Source: Auanema rhodensis
Taxonomy: Eukaryota; Animalia; Nematoda
Direction: 5' to 3'
DNA: 64,000 bases
NCBI GenBank assembly: GCA_964057225.1
Contig: OZ059896.1
Coordinates: 18,290,001 to 18,354,000 of the forward strand
Notes under the pieces: generated by a model
What the model was told of the DNA's origin: nothing
The model's input: the letters and a program-made list of their open reading frames with translations, nothing else
The model's database searches: none
Shown: positions 1 to 11,993 of the stretch, in pieces
Layout of the letters: every line of letters starts with the position of its first letter
Numbering within the stretch: position 1 is the first letter of the stretch
Position numbers and translations under genes: made by a program

Positions 1-858
1 TTCAATGTGTCTTGGTTATTAACATGCTGACAGAAAAAATCTTCATATTCTTGTGGTTATGGCTTACAGTACAGTTTACTTTTTTGAATTTGTTTTAACT
101 CAAGATTATGCAGGTTCTGGCTACAATTACTGCTCTGAATCTGCTGTTTTGGCTATGTGCTTTGGTATCTGGACAATGCCGTCAGAATTTCGTAGCCAAG
201 CACTTAGATATGGAAACAGATCAGATTGAACGATTTACTGATAGGTAATCCTCGCAACATTTTAAAATATTTTGATGTGCTAGGGCAAATATTTGAATTT
301 TTTGTAAGACATATAACTATTGGTGTCATTTCTATTAAATTAGTGTTATGTATTCCATATAAAGATTTTATCTCCAGGTTTTTACGTCCGGACGGTGTAT
401 TCCTACTACAAATGATCGCTGCTCATGCCGGAAACCTTACATGCGCTCGGGTAAGCTAACTCTCTTAAAAGTATTTTCTCAGGAAAACAATTAAATTAGA
501 GAATATCTTTAACTTGTTGAACTTAATTGAGCCTTTTGATAACCTAATTATTATAATTATTCAACTGTTTTTTACACATAGTGTAAGTAAAGTCCTAATT
601 TTCAGGTAACAGAAGCTTTGTGGCTTATATTCCTGCGTCGAAGTGGTAAGCCAGTAGCGGATGACAAAGTAATTGAAGGATCTGAACGTGAATGGGAAAG
701 TGTAAGTGCATTTCCTAAATAACTTTGCTAGTCTTGTTTTTCAGAATGAAGATTATCTGATGGGTTCAATAAAGGAGTCAGATCGGCGGGATTCATGGCA
801 TGAAACATCAATGCCTCCACCTATGCCACCACTTCCAAATCGAACACACTATGTGTGA
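1..858 (+). CDS. Innexin (gap-junction subunit), 3' part; 5' end lies outside the window
   Basis: Spliced translation QCVLVINMLTEKIFIFLWLWLT...RFLRPDGVFLLQMIAAHAGNLTCARV...PPLPNRTHYV* (TGA 856-858). These are innexin TM4-region motifs (QCVLxINMxNEKIFxFLW; FLxPDGVFLL). All introns are GT-AG. Confidence 0.9.
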
Positions 859-1549
859 AATTAATTTCTTGTTATAAGATTAATACAAGAAGAAGTATTA
901 TACCAAGAACTTCTAAAATCAAGTTTATATTTTATGATTTTTTCATCACTTATTTTATAGTTTATTCTTATTAACAATCAAATTTATATGTTTCTTGCCG
1001 ATTTTATCGTATTATTCTTTTAATTTCTTCAAACGTTTCTATAGACAGTTTAGTTATTTTAATCCGTGTTTTGCCTAATTTTCAAAATTCAAACTATAGC
1101 TGAGTACCGACTACAGTCACGCTCAATCAAACATTCGTTACGTGTATGTGATCTCATGCTTCCAGTGTTAATGTTTCTTTCCATCCTAACTGAAATATGA
1201 CAGCCATACCAGATTCTCTAACATGTTGAATATGATTATTTCTAAAGCATGTCGTTCTAGTTCAGTTTTAAATATATTCATCGAAATAAATTGTTTATTC
1301 TTAACTAATTTCAGTTGCGATTTCAAATAAACGTTGAAGATATTGTCATATCCCGTAGAGTTTTAGGAATTATATAGTATTCTCAATAATATTCAATTCG
1401 ATTGATAAATAAATTAAATTAAATCATTATTATTGATTTATTTCTTAAGATTTTAAGCATAAACATGTTATTCAATTATCTACAGAATAATTTAGAGATC
1501 TAGTATTATATACAAACGGCGAATATCGGCTATTTTCTATTGCATTCCA

Positions 1550-3872
1550 TCAATTAAAAGGTAAAGGACTGGCTTGCAGAGCACGTTTGCTACAGATTTG
1601 TAAAGCTTCAAAAAGTCGGAACAGACCTGTGTCTTTTGGTCTTTCCAAGCCTCTTCTTAATCGACGTCGCATCACAGCAATCATTTCATCATTTGAAAGT
1701 TTTCCATCCTAGAAGAAAAAAGGAAAATTCTAAGATTTAATGAAAATGATCTCACCTGATTATCATCAAAGAGTGTAATCACAATATCAATCATATGATC
1801 GCTAAGATCAACTTGTGCAACTTTTGTTGCAACTCTATATAACAAAATAAAAGATTTTAACAATAACATTAGAGTAAAAACCTTTTTAATAGAGGGCCTT
1901 CTACTGGTAATCCAGCCATTCGATGAAAATGAAGAGCCATATCAACATCATCTATATGGTATAAAAATTGAAAAAAATCAGAAACCTGTAAAACGAATAA
2001 TATATCTGTTAAATTTCAAATAATGTACCTCTTTATAGCAAACACCTGGACCATCTTTGAACTTTTTTCGAACACGCTTTAGCATATTCTTTTGCCTTTT
2101 TTCCGGAATCTAGAAAATAAACATCAACAGGTAAGCAGCAAATAGGAAAATTTACCTGAGCATGAAGTAGAAGATGCTGAGCGAAACTGACTTCTGTAAT
2201 AAGTCCATTTGAGCCATCTAACTGATCTCGTCTAGCAAATTCCATTTTCAAAATATCTTCATGCAAAGCTTTCTTAAATGATTTAAAATCAAATTAACAC
2301 AATTAAATAGAATAGAAAAACCTGAAATTCTAGAAACTTATCAGAAGATAATTTATTTGTCCCATCTTTTCCAAAAAAGTAAGTTTCTAATCCAGAATTA
2401 TTATCAGCTCTACATGTAAAATTAGGTGTTGTGTGATCTCGATGACGTTGCCCAACAGTAGTTTGAGACATGATCAAAGCCCAAAATATATCAATTAAAA
2501 TTAATAAACGAGTATATAAAAAACCTTTACACGTTCAAACTCAGCTTTGTCTAGTTCTCCATCCCCATTTACATCAAAAATTTTAAAAGCTAATGCAAAA
2601 TCGTTTGGAGATGCTGAAAAAACGGTGATATGCAATAACTATTAATAAACTAACTTGAAAGTAGAGTCATTAAAAATAAGTAATCACTAAAACTAATCAA
2701 TCCGTTTTCTCCCAATTTATAGAAAATACTAGACGGATCCATGAATTTTTGATGAAATCTCTGTAATATACGAAGTAAAAAATCGCAAGCAGAAAATGCT
2801 CACATCAGGATCATATACTTTGTAACTGTCAAGACCAAGTCGTCTGGGTTGCATAACTCCAGGAGTTAAAGATCTTAAAAAATCCTGAGGCATCATAAAA
2901 GGCTCATATGTTCTTCCACTGTCATCATTCTTATCAACTACCTAGAAAAGAGTAACCAATAAAAAAATACAAATTCTGATGTGAATATAGAAGGTGACAT
3001 GGCATAAGGTTGTTATCTTTCTATTATTAATATTATACAAATTCTATTTGTTCTATATATGTTATGTACTGCTAACATTAATAAAGGTGTTACCTTTAAT
3101 GTTGCAAAATAGCGAAATATTTTATCAGGTGTTGAATACATACGTAAGCGATCTTCATATTCGATTATGCGCCGTTCTCGAAAACCAAGCTTTTTACTCT
3201 TAAGTCTTCCAGTAGATTCCTCCTACAAAATCATTTATTGGCCTAATATATAGATTTATAAATCAAAATTTAGAAGTCTACTTCATTCTCGTGGTTATCT
3301 TCTGCATTTTCTTCCTTTTCCTCTTTCAGTTGGGACGCTGCAGGCTTGAAAGAACTACTTGCTTTTTCAAGCTGCTTTCCTAACCTGAACAAAAAAAAAG
3401 AATTCCAACTTCAAAGTATCGAAAATTCACCATTCATAATCCCAACACAAGATAAAGAAAATCGCTCCTACCAAGTAATAATTGAACTTGTATAGTTTTC
3501 TTAAAGGAGGCCAAATATACGGTCGATGCTGATAAATATTAGAGGAATAGTTTGAATAACCCGGAGCGACTTTTCTGTAATTCAGGAAAGTTGCATAAGA
3601 AATTTATATAAAAATGTATACCTATCAGTATAATGCCATACATCAGTTTTCTTTTTTATTCCACCAAACGGTGTGTACTCCTTCAAAGGGTCTATTTCCT
3701 ATGAATCATAAAATATATAATTATATTACGAAATTTAATATACTTGTACTCTATTCTCTTCATTTACAGATTCAGTAGGTTTTGTTCGATTTAAAGAAGA
3801 TAAAAATCTAGTATTATAATTTTGGTATATCCTATTACATATGATTCTTGAATGATAAGGTATAATTCTCAT
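1550..3872 (-). CDS. micu-1: MICU1 mitochondrial calcium uptake protein (EF-hand), multi-exon
   Basis: Presequence-like start [14 protein letters not shown]. Conserved segments [46 protein letters not shown]-hand [31 protein letters not shown] and [13 protein letters not shown]. Ends [11 protein letters not shown]. One intron (2481-2524) has no AG acceptor. Confidence 0.93.
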
Positions 3873-4737
3873 ACCTAAAACAAAATTATTTTTCTCTCTT
3901 GATCATTATTAATAATTCGTAAAATTAATAATAAGAAATAATGTTATTAAAATGAATAATATAATCCAGATAAAAATTTGATTAAATTGCTGAAGACTTT
4001 ACTTTCGAACATTAGTCGATTCCGACATTTGGTGAAGTATATTTTCAAACTAGTTTCTATTGATTAAAAACATCTTCAAGAAAGAAAATTGTGTAACTTG
4101 TACGAGAATTCCGACTATATGCGAGAATTAGAAAGCAAGAAGATTAACGAAATTCAAAGCGCATAGAGAAAGCTATAAGTAATTATGGAATGCTATTTGA
4201 TTATCACTGGAATAGTAGCCGTACAAATATTAATTTTGATTTCCTATTAATAATATTTATATTTCTTCCATCCATTTCTTACTTAAGAGAAACCTTAAAA
4301 ATTGTATTCTGATTTAAAATAGGAGCACCTTAGATATTTATTATGGTATAACATAATTTTATACATCAGCTGCAACAAAATTTATATCTCTAGCTTTTTT
4401 TAAAAGTAAACCTATTATTCAAACTAAAAAGTGAGCCCATTAATTATCTTCACAATTATTATTTTAAATATATTAAGAATTTAAAAAAAAGTCTATAAAT
4501 TTGATCAAACGGCAAAGCTGCGTCCAAACGAAAATATGAGTTGTATACAGGAACTTTTATACTTTGAAGTTTTCACCATAGTGTGAATTAAGTCAACAAC
4601 AATGTAATTATGTTATTCAAAGTATCTGTTCTCGATAGAAGACAAATTCCGGCACATTTTTTTTTGTATTTTATATTTATCTGACCTTGTTTTCTGTATT
4701 TCTTATATTGGTATATATCTCTTACAGGAAAGCAGGG

Positions 4738-6036
4738 ATGGAGTCCGAAAAAATGAATGCTAAGGGAAGAATTAGTAGAGTAACTACCAAGTACGCTTTC
4801 GTGAATACTGATAAAGGAACAGTTTTTTGTCCATTAGCAGCTTCAATTCCTACCACAGAACATGTTCCGGATATGACTGAACGTTATAAAGCTGGAGATT
4901 CAGTTCATCTAACAGCAGTATCTCAGAATGACAAAAATGGCTGCAAATGGAGAGCAATTAAGGTATGTTAAACATCAATTCATAATATTAACTTCATTTT
5001 AAAGTTGTAGATGCGAATAATCTGCGAACAAAAATCTTCGAACGATATCAGATCAGATATATCAGTGATACAACCCACAGATACTTTGGTAATTTGTTTT
5101 TTGGTTTATTTAAATCAAAAATTTCATAATGTTTGGCGTTCAATATTTATGTTTTACTTATCAATTTTGAATTGTTTGACTTTGCATAGGAGAAAATTAC
5201 AGACAAATTGATTTCATTTCACCGTCGAATTTTGTTAAATCTTGTATTAAATTTCAGAAATGTATAGCTTCAATCACTCGGCTCACAGAAACTTATGCCT
5301 ATTGTATATATTTGGGAGAACAAGTATTTGTACCAGGAGCGGCATTCAGTTCCACAGAAGTTACACGATTAAATTCGTATTTGAAACAAGGTGATATTGG
5401 TCTTTTCACAGATTCTAATATCAAATTATACAGGAGATGAATTAGAATTAGAAGTTCGGCAACAGTTAAAACATAATGACTGTAAATGGATAGCTGTTAA
5501 AGCTACGAAGTATATTAGGCATTCAGAAACTGTTTTCAAAGGTTTATATTTACTTATATAATTAACCTAATTTTATCAGGCCATGGAAGAATTAACGAAG
5601 TGTCAGCACTTTCCGCACATATTACAACTGATACACATGGAATACTTCAGTTACTTTTAAATTACTCTTTTGAGAATAATTTTTTTATTTCATGTGCTCA
5701 ATACTCACTTGGTCCGGTGGTGATGGAGGCCTATCAGCAACATGGCTCGATGAACTTCTCGCAGAGGGTATTTTGGGGGAACTTCATATTTTAAGGCCTG
5801 AAATACTTTTAGGTGACCACGTATCGTACTATGTAGCTGTTAGAGAAAACGGGTTTGAAGTAATAGCATGGACAGCCAGAGGATTTCTCCCTTGTGAGAA
5901 AAAATCTAAATCCATCTCTGTTGAAACTCAAACTGTTTCTTCAACCAATGATATCGTTATTAGAGCTTTTAGTTCTGTTCTACCGCTGTTGCTGGAAGAT
6001 AAGCCAGCACTGCAAATGTTATATGACATGAATTGA
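4738..6036 (+). CDS. Uncharacterised protein with three tandem OB-fold/S1/cold-shock-like repeats
   Basis: Three internally similar units: GRISRVTTKYAFV..GTVFC..YKAGDSVHL..CKWRAIK; ASITRLTETYAYC..GEQVFV..LKQGDELEL..CKWIAVK; GRINEVSALSAHI..GILQC..LAEGDHVSY. C-terminal SVETQT motif. The OB-fold call is an inference from the pattern. Confidence 0.7.
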
Positions 6037-6388
6037 AAGGCATGAAAACAACTGTTTACCAGAAATACGTTTTATACGGGAGAAAAATACGCACATTTTT
6101 TGCTGTGAATTTCATATGGGTTGAAATGCAAACTCAAGCATGTTGTTTATGTGTATTATGATACATCCACTTCTTTCATAGTATTTAAGAGCTTTTTTTT
6201 AACTTTGATTTCATTTATTTGCTTTGTCAATAGATCCTTCATATCAATATAACTGACATTTTCTTATATTTACTCATTACAAAAATTACGATCAGTAAAA
6301 ATTTCAAGTTAATCAAAATAATCACAATAATCTTGTGTTGAGTGTTAATTTATTTCGTTTGTTCGTTAGACGAGCGGTGATACGTAAC

Positions 6389-6791
6389 ATGAAGTTTCAA
6401 AATTTTTCTTGGAACGAGGAAAGACAATTTTTCAAAGTTAATAGCACGGAGTTCATGCCTGGGGTTGCTCGTGATGATATTGCATCGCTTAAGCTTAGAG
6501 CAAGTGGAACAACAATTGTTTGTGCCGTTATAACGGCTGTTAACCCTCCAACGATTCGTGATAATTCGGGTATTCAAAATGTTTTAGATTTAAAAAATGT
6601 GTTATTATGCAGGAACTTATGAAATCGCCGGGTTTCCGGCAGGATATAGTCCCATAGAAGGAGATGTTGCTCTTTTTCTATTTAACTGTAATTCAGCATC
6701 AATAATATGTGAACGTGTCACAGCTATTCCTCCTGATATTGTTCCTGTTTACATTAATATACTTAAAAAATATAAAGAAGAGTTTTCTTAA
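6389..6791 (+). CDS. Small (~120 aa) two-exon protein, possible RPA3/TEN1-like OB-fold subunit
   Basis: A GT-AG intron at 6570-6612 joins ORFs 6335-6622 and 6597-6791: MKFQNFSW...IVCAVITAVNPPTIRDNSG|TYEIAGF...[32 protein letters not shown]. The family call is an inference. Confidence 0.6.
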
Positions 6792-6960
6792 TACTTGGTT
6801 CAAATATCATGTGAAGAAATATCAAATATGTCATAATAGTCTTATATTTGTTTTTTCTTATTTTCTCTTCTTGATCTAGGGATCTTGGTTCCCTTTTTTT
6901 ATATTTGAAATATCATAACTTCTTCAAATTATTGTCTTTATTTTTGTCGATTGTACTGCT

Positions 6961-7794
6961 ATGGGAGTGGCTTGGGTATTCGAACATACCGGTTCAGCTC
7001 GAGAAATTGAACGATTATTGGAAGGAGGTGGTGCGGAACCGATTGGAACTTATTCCGTTGACTTTCTACCTTATTCTCCAACAGGAGCTGTAACTTTGCA
7101 TCTATCTATCTCTTAATTTCTCGAAATTTTTTTAGGTCGGGGTCGGCATTCAGACTAATTATGTGCTACATCATTCTAATTTTCCCCAAACTTCGTTTTC
7201 TATTGGTTAGTTAATTTTTTGTTTTTTGTTTGGTGCAAAATATATATGGTTTGTTTCAGCACCATCTGATACATTGAAGACTAGTCCTCGAGCCACATGC
7301 GACCGTGGTTTCGACCTTATCTTAACAAAAATGTCGGCTGGGCTACAACCTGATCATGCGGGTAAATTCACGGTTTGTATCTTATTTAGTGTATTCGCTC
7401 TCATCTTTCCGATTAGCTGACAGGTCATCAGTATAGATTGTGTGATTTTGTTGTTCGTGTCGGTACTGCTTCTCAAGTAACAGCTGTAAAAGGAGCTATA
7501 GTTGAAGTCTGTTAAACTTTTTGAAAATAATTTTGAATGATTTCTTACAGGTTGAATATGAACCTTCGCAAGTAGCTACTCAGGCCATAAACATGCTGTC
7601 AGAGTTTATGGCAAGCTATTTTCCAGCCTATGTATATTATCTTCGTTGTAGTATTTCTCATTTGATTTTTTCAGTCTGAAACTAGTAAAAGACCAGACGT
7701 GCTTAATCGTTCCGCGCCTGAGCCATATACAGCTTTAGACACAATGTGGCAATATCTGATTATTTTCCGACAAATGAGAAGTAGGAGCACATAA
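6961..7794 (+). CDS. mdt-20: Mediator complex subunit MED20
   Basis: MGVAWVF...[11 protein letters not shown]; [27 protein letters not shown]; [19 protein letters not shown]. These match MED20 motifs (MGVTCV, YCDFVIKVGT, VEVEY, DTMVQY). Five canonical introns. Confidence 0.88.
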
Positions 7795-7974
7795 TCAGGT
7801 TCTTATCAAATCTCATTCCATTACATTATTCATATGGGTATTTATACGCTGTTTTATGCTCGTTATTTCTAATGAAGTTTCTTTTATCGGATTATTTGTA
7901 CTAAATTTCGGTAAATAGCCAAATCTTATCTTTTCGCCTGCATCTTTTTCTCAAGATTTAAACATTAAACTCAG

Positions 7975-10295
7975 ATGATTCCTTCTGAATCATATGCTGT
8001 ATTATCAGATTTTCTTTTTGAAAATCTGGATACTTTGCGAGCACATTTCAACAGAAAATGCTCTGCATTAGAATCCTGGCAGGTATTTTGCACCCTTTTA
8101 TAAAAAAAGGTTGAACATTTACTTTCAGTTAGTATTTTATAGTATTTCATTCTCTTTGTTCATTTCTTGGTTTTTCAAACTTTTATCATCAGATGATTCT
8201 TTTTTGTCGCGATTCAGGTACATTTTCAATTTTATAATTTATGTTTGTTCTGTTTTTTAGAAAGTTAGCTTATCATGGCTTGAGAAGCTTACCATGGGTG
8301 AAAAGAAGACATCTCGCCAATTTAACCAAACTTCGTGATGAAGTTGATGAAGAAACTCATCAATGGGATAAGGTATCATTCAATTACTTTGTTTACTATA
8401 CCCTTTTGTAACTTGTATAGATTCGAGATTTTTACAAGTTTCTCCCCGAACGACCGCTAGGGAATGAAGAAATTATGGCTGAAGCTCGACAATATGCTGC
8501 TCTAGGGGAGCGAAGATATATGGAACACTATGATCCTAAAACCAAAACGGAAGATTTAAAGTTATCCTCACAGGTTTCTTTTTAAAAATTGTATATTACT
8601 TATGATCAATGCTTTAGATTTACGAACTATTTTCTCATACAGATCCCCATCGTTCTGATGCTTTCCCAGGAAATAGGAAAATGGAATCTGAGGTAAGTCG
8701 GTATTTGTATTTGTAAATTTTTGTTTTTTCTCAAAGATTTTACGTATGTGTTGCTCCATGTTCCATGGTGGTACGGAATCTTGCGGTGTTGTTGCTGGTG
8801 GTGGTACCGAAGCTACTTTACTTGCTTGCTTAGGTATTTTCAATTTTTCCTATTCAGACATATTAATATTTCAGCTTATCGTAATAGAGCGATTAGTAAA
8901 GGAATTGAAAGACCTGAGATCATTGCACCAGTAACTGCTCATGCATCGTTAGAAAAATGCGTATCTTTATTTGGTATGAAGATACATAGAATTCCTGTTG
9001 ATGAGAACGATAAAGTTGATCCCGATGTACTGAAATCTTATATTAATAGGAATACATGCATGGTGCATACATATTACTCGTAAAGTCTGCCATTATTGAT
9101 CCTGTTCTTCCAGATCGTAGCTTCTGCCCCAAACCACATTACTGGAACCACTGACCCCATTGAAAAGTTATCCGCGGTCTGCGGTAAAAAAAAACTTTTT
9201 TTTTTCAATTATACATTTTAGATTGCTATGGCCAGACGAATTCCGTTACATGTTGATGCTACTTTGGGTGGATTTATTATTCCATTTATGGAATATTGCG
9301 ATTTAAACAATAAAACTATAGATTTTCGATTGCCTGGAGTAACCTCAATAGCTGTGGATCTACACCGAGTAATATTTTGAAGAATCTTCGCACAACTCTT
9401 TATATATTTTTCTTAGTATGGCCAATGTCCTCGATCTTGTTCCGTACTCATGTACCGTAACAGTTCCTTTATTCGCTATCAGTTCTTCTCTAATCCATTT
9501 TGGGCCGGAGGCTTGTATGCGACACCTACATTGGCAGGAGGACGAGATGGAGGAGCCGTAGCATCAGCCTGGGCTACAATGCTTCGCAAGGTTTTTTTTA
9601 ACCCTATGTTTAAAATATGTGCTATTATAATATCAGGGACGAAGCGGATATATGGATGCATGTATGCGTGTTGTAGAAGGTACACATAGTTTAGCTGAAC
9701 TTCTGACTGGAGTAGAAGGAGTTGAGCTTAAAGGCAGTGCCGATATATGCGTTGTCGCTTTCACGTGCAAAAACATTAATGTTCACGCTTTGGTTGATCG
9801 AATGACACGAAAAGTATTCACAGTGGCGATTTTTCTTCCTTTATCTTGCTTGTTTCAGGGGTGGCACGTGGATGCTTTAATGTCACCAAGTGCTGCGCGA
9901 GTTCCAGTTACGTTATCTATGTGTGAAGATGGAGTGCTGGAAGCGTTTGCGAATGATGTTAGTCAGTCTATAAATTTCTTGAAGGAGAACCCAAGTTGGG
10001 TAAAAAGCAGCAAACTCGCCTCTTTCTACAATATGCTAAAAACAGTAATAGTTTTTCCTTTAATCTAATTATTGGCGTTTCTTTTGAGGTGACTGATCAA
10101 TCAATCTTGGACGAATTAGCACTTATTCGATTGGAATCTCACTACAGCATCCCTCAGTCATTAGACCGCCGTCCTCAAAAAACTTTAAGCGTTGAAGGCA
10201 GAAAAATGAGCATGATAGGGGCAGGGGATACTTATAAGCAACTTCAAGAATTGCGAGCTCGTTATGCGGTTTCAAAAAACGAAGACGCGAAATAG
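7975..10295 (+). CDS. Sphingosine-1-phosphate lyase-like protein (PLP fold), probably catalytically inactive
   Basis: N-terminal ESWQ plus TM segment; FPGNRKMESE, GGGTEATLLAC, PEIIAPVTAH, IPLHVDATLGGF, DFRLPGVTSIAVDLHRYG, GGLYATPTLAGGRDG. The Schiff-base Lys position is Arg (CGA 9366-9368). The ORF is intact. Confidence 0.9.
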
Positions 10296-10659
10296 TCACT
10301 ATACTTCTTTTGCTTCTCTGACTAAGCTGATCATAGTTGTCTAACAGGTTTTTTTCTTCGTCATGTTCTTCGCCAAAGCATCATCATTTTCAACGTTCAG
10401 ACGCTAACTTTATAGCGATTACATCTGCTATTTGTATATAATTTTCTTCACTTTTATATAGTAGTTGTATATTTTTTTGTATATGTATGTTTGTCAAAGC
10501 AGGTCTTCAAAAAAAACAGTAGTAAATAGATTTTCATGGCTGTTATTTTCAATTGCACTCCCTAAGGTCCTATCAGCTTTATCATACTTGTCATTTGTTG
10601 TTTTCTATCAATTTTGACAACTTCAAAACCCTTTTTTGTCATTTTTCAGTTGTTATGTG

Positions 10660-11366
10660 ATGTGGAAGTGGACTGCGCAAACGTACAACGTCACAGCTAT
10701 TATATTACTAGTAATTGCTGGAGTTTTACTACTTCTTCTGTGTACTCTTAGTGTATTTTTTTGTAGAAAAAGGTATGTTAGCTGTTCTTTTTATATAATA
10801 TAGACTACTTAGTCGTTGTAGAAGATCGGATTGGTTTGGTGAATCATCAGTTTTGGCTGCACCTTGGAATGAAAGTTCATGTTATAATGAAGCTTTCGAT
10901 TATGCCGATGAAACAAGTCCCTGGTAAGCTTTTTAAGGTGATAATTCAGCACAATAAATGAGCGTATTAAGGAGAATAGAACAAAGGAGATGCGCTAGAG
11001 AAAAAGAAGTTAGCAGTGATGGAACTACTAAAGTTGATCTCAACTTGCAAAGGTTCCTTTTTTTCCCTATTCCTGATGCAAATGAAAGTTATAGGCTCGA
11101 TCCTTCAGTTGGCGCAGCTTTAGCTGTAGAACAGCTATTAAGAGATAGTTATGTTTTCGATACTCGCCTGATGCCAAAGCCTGAAGCGGATGTTCGTATT
11201 ATTGCAGCCAAAAGGGATTATTTATAGCCTTCTATTATACATTTTTGTACAGATTGTTCATGTTATATTCCTGATACGGGTAATATTGAAGAAATGTAAA
11301 CTCACAGCATGCCATTTATAACATTTTCTCCTATACAGGTATCACCATATACGTAGTGTTCAATAG
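10660..11366 (+). CDS. Uncharacterised ~160-aa single-pass membrane protein
   Basis: MWKWTAQTYNVTAIILLVIAGVLLLLLCTLSVFFCRKSRCRR: a TM segment followed by a Cys/basic patch. Six exons can be joined in frame with GT-AG introns, ending EEMYHHIRSVQ*. Confidence 0.6.
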
Positions 11367-11483
11367 ACCTTATGAGATAAATTTTATAATTTCTCACAAA
11401 TTGTTTCAATGAGCATAAGCGACATACAGCAGAATCATAAAATGAGAGATCGCAAAGAAGCATAAATTCGGATGATATCACAA

Positions 11484-11993
11484 CTATGATGACTTAAGCT
11501 CCCACATAACAACAGGGAGGTCTGGACTTAGTCGAGGAATGGCATACTTTTCTTTGCCCTTAAAATTAATTATAGCATAATAAAATACTTAATAAAATAT
11601 AATTAAAAATTTTCAAACTTACTTTGGGTTTGATATTATCGATTACCCTACACAATCTTCTACGGGGGCCAATTAATTTTTCTGTTAAAAACTCATTTGC
11701 AACATCGCCATCTTCATCAACAAATTTAGAACTAAATCCAAGAACATCAATTAATATATCAAATGAGTTATATACCTCTGCGATTCTTTGACTAGAAAGA
11801 TATCCGGAATTACACCTCTTTCTTTTAGTAATTGAGCATATTTGGCCATTAGTTGATCAGATCTAATTTTAGGAGTAGTGACCTAAAAGAGATTAGTTAT
11901 ATCTACAGATTTCTTATACACAAAAACCTTATCATTGGGAGTTTCAGTCACATGCTCTTCTTTCTTTTTTAAACCACTGGAAAATTGCCCCAT
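11484..11993 (-). CDS. TUSC2: TUSC2/FUS1 (tumour suppressor candidate 2) homolog
   Basis: MGQFSS (N-myristoylation pattern)...SKFVDEDGDVANEF..RRRLCRVIDNIKPKG..IPRLSPDLPVVMWEL. Compare TUSC2 MFYDEDGDLAHEF...PRIHVDFPVILYEV. Four exons; not in the ORF track. Confidence 0.85.

Noticed and set aside
10924-10949. Apparent 26-nt intron in the TM gene
   Set aside because: A 48-nt intron ending at the AG at 10971 gives a longer, consistent frame.
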